Source: Dehalococcoidia bacterium (lineage in GTDB: Bacteria; Chloroflexota; Dehalococcoidia; UBA2979). Taken from it: DNA of 64,000 nt. The DNA is taken from contig OZ219872.1 of assembly GCA_964291495.2 (NCBI GenBank), positions 736,001 through 800,000 on the forward strand, read 5' to 3'. A model generated the notes under the pieces. It was not told where the DNA came from. It worked only from the letters and a program-made list of their open reading frames with translations, and searched no databases. Numbering within the stretch: the stretch's first letter is position 1; each line of letters opens with the position of its first letter. The position numbers and the translations under genes are program-made. This document shows positions 10,473 to 19,774 of this stretch, in pieces.

Positions 10473-10927
10473 CCTCCCCTCCGGCCCCCTCTCCTGGGGG
10501 AGAGGGCGGGGGTGAGGGGGCTCGCCGGACCCACGGCTGGCTCTTGAGGTGCGCACCCCGCCGCTCGCCGGAACCATCGCCTCCCTCCGGCCCCCTCTCC
10601 TGGGGAGAGGGCGGGGGTGAGGGGGCTCGCCAGACCCACGACTGGCTCTTGAGGCACGCACCCTGCCGCTCGCCGGAACCATCGCCTCCCTCCGGCCCCC
10701 TCTCCTGGGGGAGAGGGCGGGGGTGAGGGGGCTCGCCAGACCCACGACTGGCTCTTGAGGCACGCACCCTGCCGCTCGCCGGAACCATCGCCCCCCCTCC
10801 GGCCCCCTCTCCTGGGGGAGAGCCGTGTCTTGTGGGGGATCCCCCCACACCCCCCCGCGGGTGAGGGGGCTCGCCGGACCTGCGACCGGCTCTTGAGGCA
10901 CGCACCCTGCCGCTCGCCGGAACCATC
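10473..10927. repeat. Tandem array of four ~105-bp REP-like units; the fourth carries a ~30-bp insertion
   Basis: Units start near 10473, 10581, 10685 and 10791 and are near-identical over their full length, with no spacers. Confidence 0.92.
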
Positions 10928-11954
10928 ACGACGCGAGGCGGTGCAGCAGCACGCCGTCGCGCGGCTCGCAGGCCGCCTCGCCGCGGGCGACGAGGACGTC
11001 GAGCTGGCCGATCAGCTCCGTCAGCGCCTGCGCGATGCGCGCGTCCGGGAGGTGCGGGAAGAGGCGGCGCACGAGGCCATAGGCGCTGTCCGGTCGCTCC
11101 TCGAGCAGCCCGCGCACGAGCGCCTGGCGGCGGGCGTGGTGGCGCTCGAAGCGGACGAACAGCCGCTCCGCCGCCTCGCCGTCGACCGGCGCGCCGTGGC
11201 CCGGCAGCACGCGCCGCACGCCCAGCCCGCGCAGCCGCTCGACGGAGGCCACGAACGGCGGCAGCGAGGGCCAGCGCTCGCCCGGCGCGCCGCCGGGGGC
11301 GGCGGGGAAGTGCAGCCCCGGCGTCGGCGTCGTGTGCGGCAGCAGGGTGTCGCCGGAGTAGAGGTCGCCCGTCGCCTCGACGAAGGCGACGAGGTTGCCC
11401 GGCGTGTGCCCCGGCGCGGCGACCACCCGCAGGCTCGCGCCACCCTCGAGGGCGAACTCCGCGCCGTCGGCGACCGCCTCGATGACCTCGCGCGGGCAGG
11501 CCCGCCAGCGGTAGACGGGCGGCCTGCGCCGCGTCGGCTGGCCGAAGCGGGCAACGAGCTCCGGCGGGCAGCCGTGCTCGACAAGCGTGCGCAGGCGCGT
11601 CTCGACGCGGGCGTCGTTCCAGGGCTGGCCAGTCGCGATCGGCTCGATGTCGTCCGCGCCGGCGAGGATGCGCGCGCCCTCGGCGGCCCAGCGCCAGGCG
11701 AGCCCGCAATGATCGAGGTGCCAGTGGGTGAGCAGCACCACACGCACGTCACCGGGCGCGAACCCGCCCGCCGCGAGCAGCGCGACGACCTCCCCCCACG
11801 TTCCACCCTCGAGGTCCGTGTCGCCCTCGGAGCCCTCGCCGTCCGCTGCGCCGGGTATGTCCGGCCCGGCGTCGACGAGCAGCACGCCGCCCTCGGCGAG
11901 CGGCAGCGCGTAGGCCGCGTTGTCGCCGAGCGGGAGGGGGAGCGGGTCAGTCAT
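10926..11954 (-). CDS. MBL-fold metallo-hydrolase
   Basis: LVDAG, THWHLDHCG, PGHTPG, SGD, LPGHG; start MTDPLPL at 11954. Confidence 0.88.
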   Translation of the reverse strand: MTDPLPLPLGDNAAYALPLAEGGVLLVDAGPDIPGAADGEGSEGDTDLEGGTWGEVVALLAAGGFAPGDVRVVLLTHWHLDHCGLAWRWAAEGARILAGADDIEPIATGQPWNDARVETRLRTLVEHGCPPELVARFGQPTRRRPPVYRWRACPREVIEAVADGAEFALEGGASLRVVAAPGHTPGNLVAFVEATGDLYSGDTLLPHTTPTPGLHFPAAPGGAPGERWPSLPPFVASVERLRGLGVRRVLPGHGAPVDGEAAERLFVRFERHHARRQALVRGLLEERPDSAYGLVRRLFPHLPDARIAQALTELIGQLDVLVARGEAACEPRDGVLLHRLAS

Positions 11955-12014
11955 GCGGGTACACTGCGAACCGCCAGCGCCGGGCGCAAGTCGCCGGGCT
12001 CGACGGGAGGCGAC

Positions 12015-12980
12015 ATGAGCAAGGGACCGCTGTTCTCCACCTACAGGCAGGGCGAGAACAGGGTGACGGCCTCGATGCTCGCGGTGCTCGAGCGGATCGA
12101 TCTGGCGCTGCTGGAGCGGCTGCTCGGTGCAGCGAGCGGTGAGTCCGAGTTGCAGATGGTGAGCTTTCGGAACCAGATCGCTGGCACAGGCTCGGTCCCG
12201 GACGCCGGTATCTCCGCGCACTTCAACTACCTGTTCGAGGTCAAGACCACTCGCGAGGCTGTGGGAGTGCGGCAGTTGCGAGCGCACCTCGGTTCCTTGG
12301 GGGGCGAGGGCGACCAGCGTCTGTTCGTGGTCACACCTGACATTGATGAGCCCGGAGCAGTTGCGGCTCTCCGGGACGAGGACTCACGGGTCTCATGGAT
12401 CGGCTTCGCGGCGCTAACCGATGCGATCGGCGAACTGCTAGTGAGTCCGGACGGCGCCGTTGCGGAACGCGAAGCCTTCCTCTTGCGCGAGCTAGTGCAA
12501 CTCTTCGAAGCTGACGGACTACTCGCCACGCCCGAAGACGTGGTTATCGTCCCGGCGAGGAAGGCCTACCCGTCTTACCAGAACTACAGCCAGTACTTCT
12601 GTCAGCCAGGTCGCACCTTCCGTCCCGGCCTCCGCTACCTCGGCTTCTACACGAGCAAGGCGATCCAGCCAGAAGTCGCAGCGATTCTCGACCACAGGGA
12701 TCACGTTCCGATCTCTCAATCGTCTGCGGACGAACTCGCCATGAGCGAGGACCCCTCGGATCGCAACTTTGCGGACGTGATTCGCTACATCATCGACGAG
12801 ACCGGTAATGAAGACTGGGAGGCTCAAGTCTTCCTGCTCAGTGACCCCGGGGACGAGCGGACCATCCTCCTTCCACGCCCGATCCAACACGAGGGACGAG
12901 GAGCGTGGACGCAGAACCAACGCTACGTCTCTTCCGACATCTTGCGGTCAGAACCGACGACCACGGATGAACTTGGCTGA
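12015..12980 (+). CDS. Putative PD-(D/E)XK nuclease with an uncharacterised C-terminal domain
   Basis: GGAGG RBS; ENRVT helix, PDAGI..LFEVK, QLRAH; more A/T-ending codons than the flanking genes. Confidence 0.65.
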   Translation: MSKGPLFSTYRQGENRVTASMLAVLERIDLALLERLLGAASGESELQMVSFRNQIAGTGSVPDAGISAHFNYLFEVKTTREAVGVRQLRAHLGSLGGEGDQRLFVVTPDIDEPGAVAALRDEDSRVSWIGFAALTDAIGELLVSPDGAVAEREAFLLRELVQLFEADGLLATPEDVVIVPARKAYPSYQNYSQYFCQPGRTFRPGLRYLGFYTSKAIQPEVAAILDHRDHVPISQSSADELAMSEDPSDRNFADVIRYIIDETGNEDWEAQVFLLSDPGDERTILLPRPIQHEGRGAWTQNQRYVSSDILRSEPTTTDELG

Positions 12981-12984
12981 CCCG

Positions 12985-13242
12985 ATGACGCCAGCCGCCC
13001 TCCCACCGACCAATGCCGACGTGCTGCAAGCCGTCCGCCAGACCCTCGCCGCTGGCCCGCGCGAGTACCTCCTGCCCGACTTCCTCGCCGCCGTGGACTG
13101 GTCCGAGGCCGTACGGCCAGCGCCCGAGGTCGCGGATCTGCTCGGCCGTCTCGAGCTGTGGGACTCCGAGTACCGCGAGGGCGATCTGGGCTGGGACGAG
13201 TTCGCCACAGCGCTCAGCGCCCTAGACGCCGACGCGGCGTAA
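12985..13242 (+). CDS. Small hypothetical protein
   Basis: Host-like codon usage, directly downstream of the nuclease; alternative start at 12967. Confidence 0.55.
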   Translation: MTPAALPPTNADVLQAVRQTLAAGPREYLLPDFLAAVDWSEAVRPAPEVADLLGRLELWDSEYREGDLGWDEFATALSALDADAA

Positions 13243-13248
13243 CCGCCC

Positions 13249-14475
13249 TCACGCCCCCAGCAGCCAGCGCCGCACGAGGTCGAGTGCGACCGTGGTGGCG
13301 CGGCGCTTGGCGGCGTCGCGGCCCTGGTAGTAGGAGTACGTCTGGTACTCGGTGCGCTCGCCGTCCGTCAGCGCGATGTGCATCGTGCCCGGCGGCTGGC
13401 CCTCGATCTCGTCGCCGCCCGCGATTCCCGTGAGGCCGAGGCCGAGGTCCGCGCCGAGCTGCTCTCGCGCCGCCGCCGCCATCGCCTCCGCCGTCTCGCG
13501 CGAGATCACGCCGTGCAGCAGCGGCACTTCGGCGGGCACGCCGTGCGCGATCTTCGCCTCGGTGGCGTACGTCACCAGGCTGCCGCGGAAGTAGTCCGAG
13601 GACCCCGCCACGTCCGTGATGGCGCTCGCGATCGCCCCGCCCGTCGCCGACTCCATCACCGCCAGCGTCAGGCCGCGATCGCGCAGCAGCCGGCCGACGC
13701 CCGCCGGCAGCGTGTCGTCGTCCTCGCCCCAGACGGAACCCCCGAGGATGCCGCGCACCTTCTCGGCGAGCGGGTGGATCAGCCGCCACGCGTCCTCGCG
13801 CGTCGGCGCCTTCGCGCTGAGCCGCACGTGGATGCCGTCGCGGCGCGCGTAGATGCCGATCGAGGGGTTCGTGGTGTCCAGCAGGTCGGCCAGCATCTGG
13901 TCGACCTGCGACTCGCCGAGGGTGGCGGTCTTGATCGTGTGCGAGACGAGGATCGCGCTCGCCCGCTCCTCGAGGCGCGGCGCGACCTGCTGCTCCCACA
14001 TGAAGGTCATCTCCTGCGGCGGGCCGGGCACCAGCACGATCACGTGGCCGCCGCGCTCCACCCACCAGCCGGGCGCGGTGCCGCGCGGGTTGGGCAGCGC
14101 CTGCGCCGAGGGGATCAGCCACGCCTGCTTCATGTTGCGCTCGACGAGCGCGGCCCCGCGGTGGCCGAAGCGCTGCTCCAGCAGCGCGCGCTGCTCCTCG
14201 TCGATGTAGACCTCCTCGCCGAGGACGGCGGAGACGGCCTCGCGCGTCACGTCGTCCTCGGTGGGACCGAGGCCGCCGCTGGCGATGGTCAGCTCGGAGC
14301 GTTCCCAGGCGCGGGCGAAGACCTCGCGCAGCCGCGCCGGGTTGTCGCCCACCTGCGAGACGTGCAGCAGGTCGATGCCGAACTCCGGCAGTTGCGAGGC
14401 GATGAAGGCGGCGTTGGTGTCGACGATCTCGCCGAGCAGGATCTCGGTCCCGATGGAGACGATCTCAGCGCGCAT
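13249..14475 (-). CDS. cinA: CinA (MoCF domain plus NMN deamidase PncC)
   Basis: IGTEILLGEIVDTN, GGLGPTEDD, NPRGTAPG, ESATGG, GSSDYF, TGIAG. Confidence 0.93.
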   Translation of the reverse strand: MRAEIVSIGTEILLGEIVDTNAAFIASQLPEFGIDLLHVSQVGDNPARLREVFARAWERSELTIASGGLGPTEDDVTREAVSAVLGEEVYIDEEQRALLEQRFGHRGAALVERNMKQAWLIPSAQALPNPRGTAPGWWVERGGHVIVLVPGPPQEMTFMWEQQVAPRLEERASAILVSHTIKTATLGESQVDQMLADLLDTTNPSIGIYARRDGIHVRLSAKAPTREDAWRLIHPLAEKVRGILGGSVWGEDDDTLPAGVGRLLRDRGLTLAVMESATGGAIASAITDVAGSSDYFRGSLVTYATEAKIAHGVPAEVPLLHGVISRETAEAMAAAAREQLGADLGLGLTGIAGGDEIEGQPPGTMHIALTDGERTEYQTYSYYQGRDAAKRRATTVALDLVRRWLLGA

Positions 14476-14554
14476 CAGGCCTCCTCGCCCGCGCCGCCCG
14501 TACGGGGCGCGTGGAGGATAGCAAGGGATGCTGCTGCGGGAGGCACGGCAGCGC

Positions 14555-15208
14555 CTACACGCGCAGCGGCGGCGCGCCCGCCGGGCGCCACGTCATGGCC
14601 TCGACGCGCTCGCCGGCGAGCGAGGCCTCGACGAGGCGGTCGCGCCCGATGACGACCGAGGCGGCCGTGCAGGGGTTGGGCGCGCCCGGCGTCTCGCCGA
14701 TCGGGACGATCGAGGCGCGCAGCAGGTCCGGCTCCAGTTCGAGCAGCGCGATCGCGCCGAGGCGCGTCGTGCGGTGGTGCGGGAAGCTCGGGCTGGCCGG
14801 GTCGAGCAGCAGCACGCCGTCGCGGTACTCGAGCCGCTCGTAGTGCGAGTCGCCGGCGATCAGCACGTCGAGCTCGGCGTCGCCGTAGACCTCGCGCGAG
14901 AGATCTCGAGGCGTCTCGATGCCGCGCGGGATCGCCTCCACGTCGTGGACCATGCCGATCCGCCAGCCGGCGTGCTCGACGAGCTGGACGGGAGCGCAGC
15001 GCGCGTCCTCGAAGTGGTCGTGCCCACCGAGCGAGCAGCGCACGGGCGCGAACTGCTCGCACCAGTCCAGCACCGAGGGCTCCGTCACGTCGCCGCCGTG
15101 GAGGATCAGGTCCGCCGAGGCGAGCTGGTCCTCGAGCGTGCCGCCCAGCTCGCCGGGGTGGCGCATGGTGCTCGGCATGTGGGTGTCGGAGAGGACGGCG
15201 ATACGCAT
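14555..15208 (-). CDS. Metallophosphoesterase family protein with variant motifs
   Basis: SDTH, HGGD, LGGHD, VHD, GDSH, DPASP; TACCAT 6 nt before the ATG. Confidence 0.82.
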   Translation of the reverse strand: MRIAVLSDTHMPSTMRHPGELGGTLEDQLASADLILHGGDVTEPSVLDWCEQFAPVRCSLGGHDHFEDARCAPVQLVEHAGWRIGMVHDVEAIPRGIETPRDLSREVYGDAELDVLIAGDSHYERLEYRDGVLLLDPASPSFPHHRTTRLGAIALLELEPDLLRASIVPIGETPGAPNPCTAASVVIGRDRLVEASLAGERVEAMTWRPAGAPPLRV

Positions 15209-15330
15209 CGCGCGATGGTACGCGCGATGCCGCTCAGCCGCGCGCAGTCGCCGTCGAGGCCGCGCACGGCGGACCGTCGTGCGCGACAATGGATCGCGGG
15301 GGCCAGGCGATCGCGAAAGGACGCACGGCG

Positions 15331-16119
15331 ATGGCGAAGCGCAGTCACGAGGTCGACTACCAGATCCACGGAGACGACTTGCAGTTCGTCGAGGTCGAGC
15401 TGGACCCCGGCGAGACGGTGATCGGCGAGGCGGGGGCGATGATGTTCCTCGACTCCGGCGTCACCTTCGAGGCGAAGATGGGCGACGGCGCGGAGCCCGA
15501 GCGGGGGATGTTCGGGAAGCTGATGGACGCCGGCAAGCGCGCGCTGGCGCAGGAGTCGATCTTCATCACGCACTTCACGAACAGCGGCCGCGGCAAGCAG
15601 GTGGTCGCCTTCTCGACCGAGTTCCCCGGCCGGATCGTGCCGATCGACCTCGACGAACTGGGCGGCGAGATCATCGCCCAGAAGGACGCCTTCCTCTGCG
15701 CCGCGCTCGGCACGAAGATCGACATCGCCTTCCGGCGCAACCTCGGCGTCGGCCTGTTCGGCGGCGAGGGCTTCATCCTGCAGCGCCTGCAGGGCGACGG
15801 CATGGCCTTCCTCTCGGTCGGCGGCACGGTGATCGAGAAGCGCCTCGAGGGCGACCAGCTGCTGGTCGATACCGGCTGCCTGGTCGCGATGGAGCCGGGC
15901 ATCGACTACGACATCCAGCGCGCCGGCAACCTCAAGTCGATGCTGTTCGGCGGGGAGGGCCTGTTCCTCGCGAGCCTCTCCGGGCATGGCCGGGTCTGGC
16001 TGCAGTCGATGCCCTTCTCACGGCTGGCCGGGCGCATCCTCGCCTACGCGCCCACGCCCGGAAACCAGACCCGCGGCGAGGGCTCAATCATCGGCGGGCT
16101 CGGGCTCGGCGGCCGCTAG
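15331..16119 (+). CDS. TIGR00266/AIM24 family protein
   Basis: [49 protein letters not shown]. Confidence 0.92.
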   Translation: MAKRSHEVDYQIHGDDLQFVEVELDPGETVIGEAGAMMFLDSGVTFEAKMGDGAEPERGMFGKLMDAGKRALAQESIFITHFTNSGRGKQVVAFSTEFPGRIVPIDLDELGGEIIAQKDAFLCAALGTKIDIAFRRNLGVGLFGGEGFILQRLQGDGMAFLSVGGTVIEKRLEGDQLLVDTGCLVAMEPGIDYDIQRAGNLKSMLFGGEGLFLASLSGHGRVWLQSMPFSRLAGRILAYAPTPGNQTRGEGSIIGGLGLGGR

Positions 16120-16131
16120 CGCACGGCCAGC

Positions 16132-16387
16132 CTCCCTCACCCTCCGCCCTCTCCCTCGGGGAGAGGGGACCGGATCCGACCCCCTCTCCTGGGGGAGAGG
16201 GTTGGGGTGAGGGGGCTCGCCGGCCGGACTGCCGCCTCGATGGAGTGTTTGCGCCCGGAGCCCCGTGTCCGACGGAGGCGAAGGGCGCGCTGCGCGCGCT
16301 CCCCCTCACCCCCCGCCCTCTCCCGCGAGGGGAGAGGGAGCCGGATCCGCCCTCACCCCCACCCTCTCCCCGGGCGGGAGAGGGGGT
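16132..16387. repeat. REP-like palindrome cluster between convergent genes
   Basis: Four CCCTCACCC-n-CCCTCTCCC-n-GGGAGAGGG units, in both orientations. Confidence 0.85.
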
Positions 16388-16406
16388 CGGAGCGTGTGCG
16401 TGCTCG

Positions 16407-17222
16407 TCAGCCCTCGAGGCGGGCGGCCCAGTCGATGATGCGCTCGGCGGTTGGGCCGGACTGCTCGCGTGGGAGGAAGTGGCCCGCCGGGTAGAACCAG
16501 TGCAGCTCGGCCTCCGGGAGCACGCGCAGCAGCTCGTAGCCGTGTTCCGGAACACCGAGGCGGTCGTGTGTCCCGTAAAGGAGCAGCGTCGGCTGCGTCC
16601 ACTTCCCCCAGTAGCGCATGCGGTCCACGTCGCGCATCGCGTAGCCGTGCCAGCTGGGGCCGCTGCGCGCGCGGCTCGCGGCGTAGTACTCGCGCAGGAA
16701 GGCGTCGCCCTCCGGCGTGTCGGGGTAGTTCATGCCGGTGTAGATCGGGCCGAGCTGCGCTTTGTACTCCTCGTACTCGACGCGCTTCGGGTTGATCGCC
16801 AGGCCCGCCTGCAGCAGGCCCGGCGGCGGCGCGAAGAAGCCGGCGAGGCTGCACAGGACCAGCGCGCGCACCGCCTCCGGCTCGCGGATTGCATGCACGA
16901 AGGCGACCCACGCCCCCGAGGCGTGACCCATCGAGATCACCGGCTCGTCTCCAAACGCCGCCTCGATCACCGCCTGCAGGTCGTCGGCCGCGTCCTCCAT
17001 CGAGCAGCTGTCGGCGGTGGCCTCGCTCTCGCCCATGCCGCGCTGGTCGTAGCTGACGAGGCGGAAGTGGTCGGACAGCAGCGAATAGAACCCCGCGAAC
17101 AGCGAGGCCTTCACCGCCTGCGCCATGGAGAAGACGAGAGGCGGGCGCCCGTCGGCGTCGGCGCCCGGCGTCCAGTGCCGCTCCCAGTGCAGGCGCGCGC
17201 CGGGCGACTCCGCGAAGGGCAT
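16407..17222 (-). CDS. Alpha/beta hydrolase
   Basis: YDQRGMGES, variant nucleophile elbow MGHASGA, GTHD, AGHF. Confidence 0.85.
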   Translation of the reverse strand: MPFAESPGARLHWERHWTPGADADGRPPLVFSMAQAVKASLFAGFYSLLSDHFRLVSYDQRGMGESEATADSCSMEDAADDLQAVIEAAFGDEPVISMGHASGAWVAFVHAIREPEAVRALVLCSLAGFFAPPPGLLQAGLAINPKRVEYEEYKAQLGPIYTGMNYPDTPEGDAFLREYYAASRARSGPSWHGYAMRDVDRMRYWGKWTQPTLLLYGTHDRLGVPEHGYELLRVLPEAELHWFYPAGHFLPREQSGPTAERIIDWAARLEG

Positions 17223-17227
17223 CGCCG

Positions 17228-18607
17228 CTACGATCCTTCCTCGGGCCAGCGCAGCGGGCCGACACGCTCGCCGAAGCGCTCGCTGAGCACCTCGAGGTAG
17301 TCGGGCGCGGGCAGCGCGCCGCCGTCGTGGATCATCGCCTCGGTATCGAGCGGCGTCGCCCAGGCGCGGCCGAAGCGGGTGCTCGGTCCGTCCGCCGCCA
17401 CACCCGCCTCGTAGAGCGCGTCGATGCGCTCGTCGGAGTAGCCGAGGACCTCGCGGAAGACCTCGCGGTTGTCGCGCCCGAGGTCGCGCGGCGGGTCGCG
17501 CAGCTCCGTTCCGCGCGCCCCGAGCACGCGCACGGGGAAGGCGCGCCCGAACGGCCGCGACCCGATCTCCGGGTCGGTGTGGCGGCAGAGTGCGTAGACG
17601 TCGCGCTCCTCGAAGTGCGGGTCGAGCAGGATGTCGCGCCCGGTCTGCACCGGCGCGGCGGCGACGCCCGCCGCCTGCAGCGCGGCAGCCACCTCGTGGC
17701 GGTCGGCCGCGGCGGCGGCGCGCACGACCTCCTCGGGCGGGTCGTCCGGGTCGGCGGGCGGATCGGGCGGGTCCGCGATGCCGAGCACGCCGCAGAGCTG
17801 CGCCCACTCCTCGGCGTCGCGGTAGCAGACGACGAGCCACTCCTCGTCGCCGGCGCAGCCGAGGATCAGGGTGGAGTAGACGCGCTCACCCGGCTGATCC
17901 GGCGGGAGCTGCGAGCCGAGCACGAAGCCGGCGCCCATCGCCATCCCGCCCTCGCGGCCGGCCATGTCGATGCGCTCGCCCTCGCCGGTCAGGCGCACCC
18001 GGCGCAGCGCCACGAGGATCGAGGTGGCCGCGCTGATGCCCGCGTACATGTCCGCGAGCGAGGTCGTCGGCAGGTACGGCGCGGGGCCCGGCTCGCCCAT
18101 CGCGTAGGCGAGTCCGGCGGCGGCGAGCATGCCGAAGGCGTTGGCCGGGGCGTTGGCGAGCGGGCCCTCCTGGCCGTAGCCGGAGAGCGAGATGTGGATC
18201 AGCCCCGGCTTGCGCTGCTTCAGCTGCTCGTACTCGAAGCCGAAGTGGCGCATCACCCGCGGCGTGTAGTTCTCCGCGAGGATGTCCGAGACGTCGAGCA
18301 GGTCGTAGAAGACCTCCTTGCCCTCGTCCGTCGTCAGGTCGACGGTGATGCCGCGCTTGTTGATGTTGCGCTCCGCCCAGTAGGCGGTGCGGGTCCACCA
18401 GTGGTTCGTCGGCCGGTTGTCCGTCGGGACAAGCCCGCGCGAGACCATGTCCATGTGGCGCGCGGCCTCGACCTTGTTCACCTCGGCGCCGAGGTCGGCG
18501 AGGATGCGCGTGATCTGCGAGCCCGCGTACTGCCCGGTCAGGTCCAGCACGCGCACGCCCGCGAGCGGCTGGTAGATCGGCTCGTCGCTCACGGTCTCGT
18601 CCGTCAT
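17228..18607 (-). CDS. Family III CoA transferase (CaiB/BaiF)
   Basis: PLAGVRVLDL, LADLGAEV, NINKRGITVDL, ENYTP, SGYGQEGP, LADMYAG. Confidence 0.92.
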   Translation of the reverse strand: MTDETVSDEPIYQPLAGVRVLDLTGQYAGSQITRILADLGAEVNKVEAARHMDMVSRGLVPTDNRPTNHWWTRTAYWAERNINKRGITVDLTTDEGKEVFYDLLDVSDILAENYTPRVMRHFGFEYEQLKQRKPGLIHISLSGYGQEGPLANAPANAFGMLAAAGLAYAMGEPGPAPYLPTTSLADMYAGISAATSILVALRRVRLTGEGERIDMAGREGGMAMGAGFVLGSQLPPDQPGERVYSTLILGCAGDEEWLVVCYRDAEEWAQLCGVLGIADPPDPPADPDDPPEEVVRAAAAADRHEVAAALQAAGVAAAPVQTGRDILLDPHFEERDVYALCRHTDPEIGSRPFGRAFPVRVLGARGTELRDPPRDLGRDNREVFREVLGYSDERIDALYEAGVAADGPSTRFGRAWATPLDTEAMIHDGGALPAPDYLEVLSERFGERVGPLRWPEEGS

Positions 18608-19761
18608 TGGGGCGTCTCCAGCGGCTCCAGTGGGAGCCCCTCGGCGTCGAACTCGCGGTAGCGGTAGGGCAGGCCCGGCATGCGCACGGGCTCCTCGAGG
18701 CCCGGCACGGCGACCTCGACGAGGCTCTGGCGGTGCGCCAGCTGCGTGTCCGTCAGCAGCTCCGAGGGCCGCAGCACGTAGCCGAACGGCATCCGCAGCT
18801 CGTGCGCCTTGGTCACGATCTCCTCGGCCTCGTGCGCCAGGAACCAGGGCAGGATCAGCTCGTCGAACTCGTCGGGGCGGCGGTGCCGCTCGAGGCGGTC
18901 CTGGAACAGCGGGTGCTCCTCGAGCTCCGGCTGCTCGACCAGCAGCGCCATCATCTGGATCGGCGATCCGGCCATCGCGACCATCACGTAGCCGTCCTTG
19001 CAGGGGTAGAGCCCGCCGGGATGCCCGGCGAAGTGGCGATGCATGCCGTGCCCGCGCAGGTGGATCAGCCCGAGGTGCGAGTAGAACATCGTCACCCGCT
19101 CGAGGTTGGCCGCGAGGCAGTCGGCGACCGAGACGTCGAAGTAGCGCCCCGCCGCCGGGTTGAGCAGACCGAGCAGCGCGGACTGGAAGCCGAAGACGCC
19201 GCCGACGAAGTCCGCCATCGGCACGCGCACGTGCCGCGGCGGCCCCTTCGACTGCCCGAGCGTGCTCATCGAGCCGCCGTAGGCGAGCAGCACCTCGTCC
19301 GTCGCCTGGTAGTCGGCGTACGGCCCGTCGAGGCCGAACGGCGTGCAGGAGACGGCGACGCGATCGCCGGGCAGGTCGAACAGCGCCTCACTGAGCCCGC
19401 GCTCCAGCAGCTCGTCGCGCGCGAAGCTGGAGATCACGACGTCCGCGCGGAAGATCTGGTCGTGCAGCTCGGACTGGCCCTCGTCGCTGCCGTAGTCGAG
19501 CGAGACGCTCTCCTTGCCGGCGTGCAGCGCGGCGAACATCGAGCGGCGCTCGGAGCGGCGCCAGCCGTCCGGCGTCAGATCCTCCCGCCGCAGGCGATCG
19601 CCGCCCGTCGTCGCGTCCTCGACCTTGATCACGGTCGCGCCGTGGAGGCGCAGCCAGCGCCCGCAGTAGGCCGCGGCGAGGCCCTCGCCGAGCTCGACGG
19701 CGACGACGTCCGAGAGCCGGGTGTTCTGTCCGCGAGCCTCGCCGGCCACCTGATCGCTCAC
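18604..19761 (-). CDS. Family III CoA transferase, second subunit or paralog
   Basis: LHAGKESVSLD, TPFGLDGPY, YPCKDG; ATGA overlap with the downstream gene. Confidence 0.88.
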   Translation of the reverse strand: MSDQVAGEARGQNTRLSDVVAVELGEGLAAAYCGRWLRLHGATVIKVEDATTGGDRLRREDLTPDGWRRSERRSMFAALHAGKESVSLDYGSDEGQSELHDQIFRADVVISSFARDELLERGLSEALFDLPGDRVAVSCTPFGLDGPYADYQATDEVLLAYGGSMSTLGQSKGPPRHVRVPMADFVGGVFGFQSALLGLLNPAAGRYFDVSVADCLAANLERVTMFYSHLGLIHLRGHGMHRHFAGHPGGLYPCKDGYVMVAMAGSPIQMMALLVEQPELEEHPLFQDRLERHRRPDEFDELILPWFLAHEAEEIVTKAHELRMPFGYVLRPSELLTDTQLAHRQSLVEVAVPGLEEPVRMPGLPYRYREFDAEGLPLEPLETPQ

Positions 19762-19774
19762 CTCGCCGCGCCGG

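Noticed and set aside
8087-10657. 856-aa N-terminally extended ORF and CO dehydrogenase (coxL) call
   Set aside because: The extension only translates the repeat array and an RBS supports ATG 10384; the active-site loop AYRAPG is not a CODH signature
10473-10927. CRISPR array
   Set aside because: Units are similar over their whole ~105 bp with no unique spacers, and no cas genes are present
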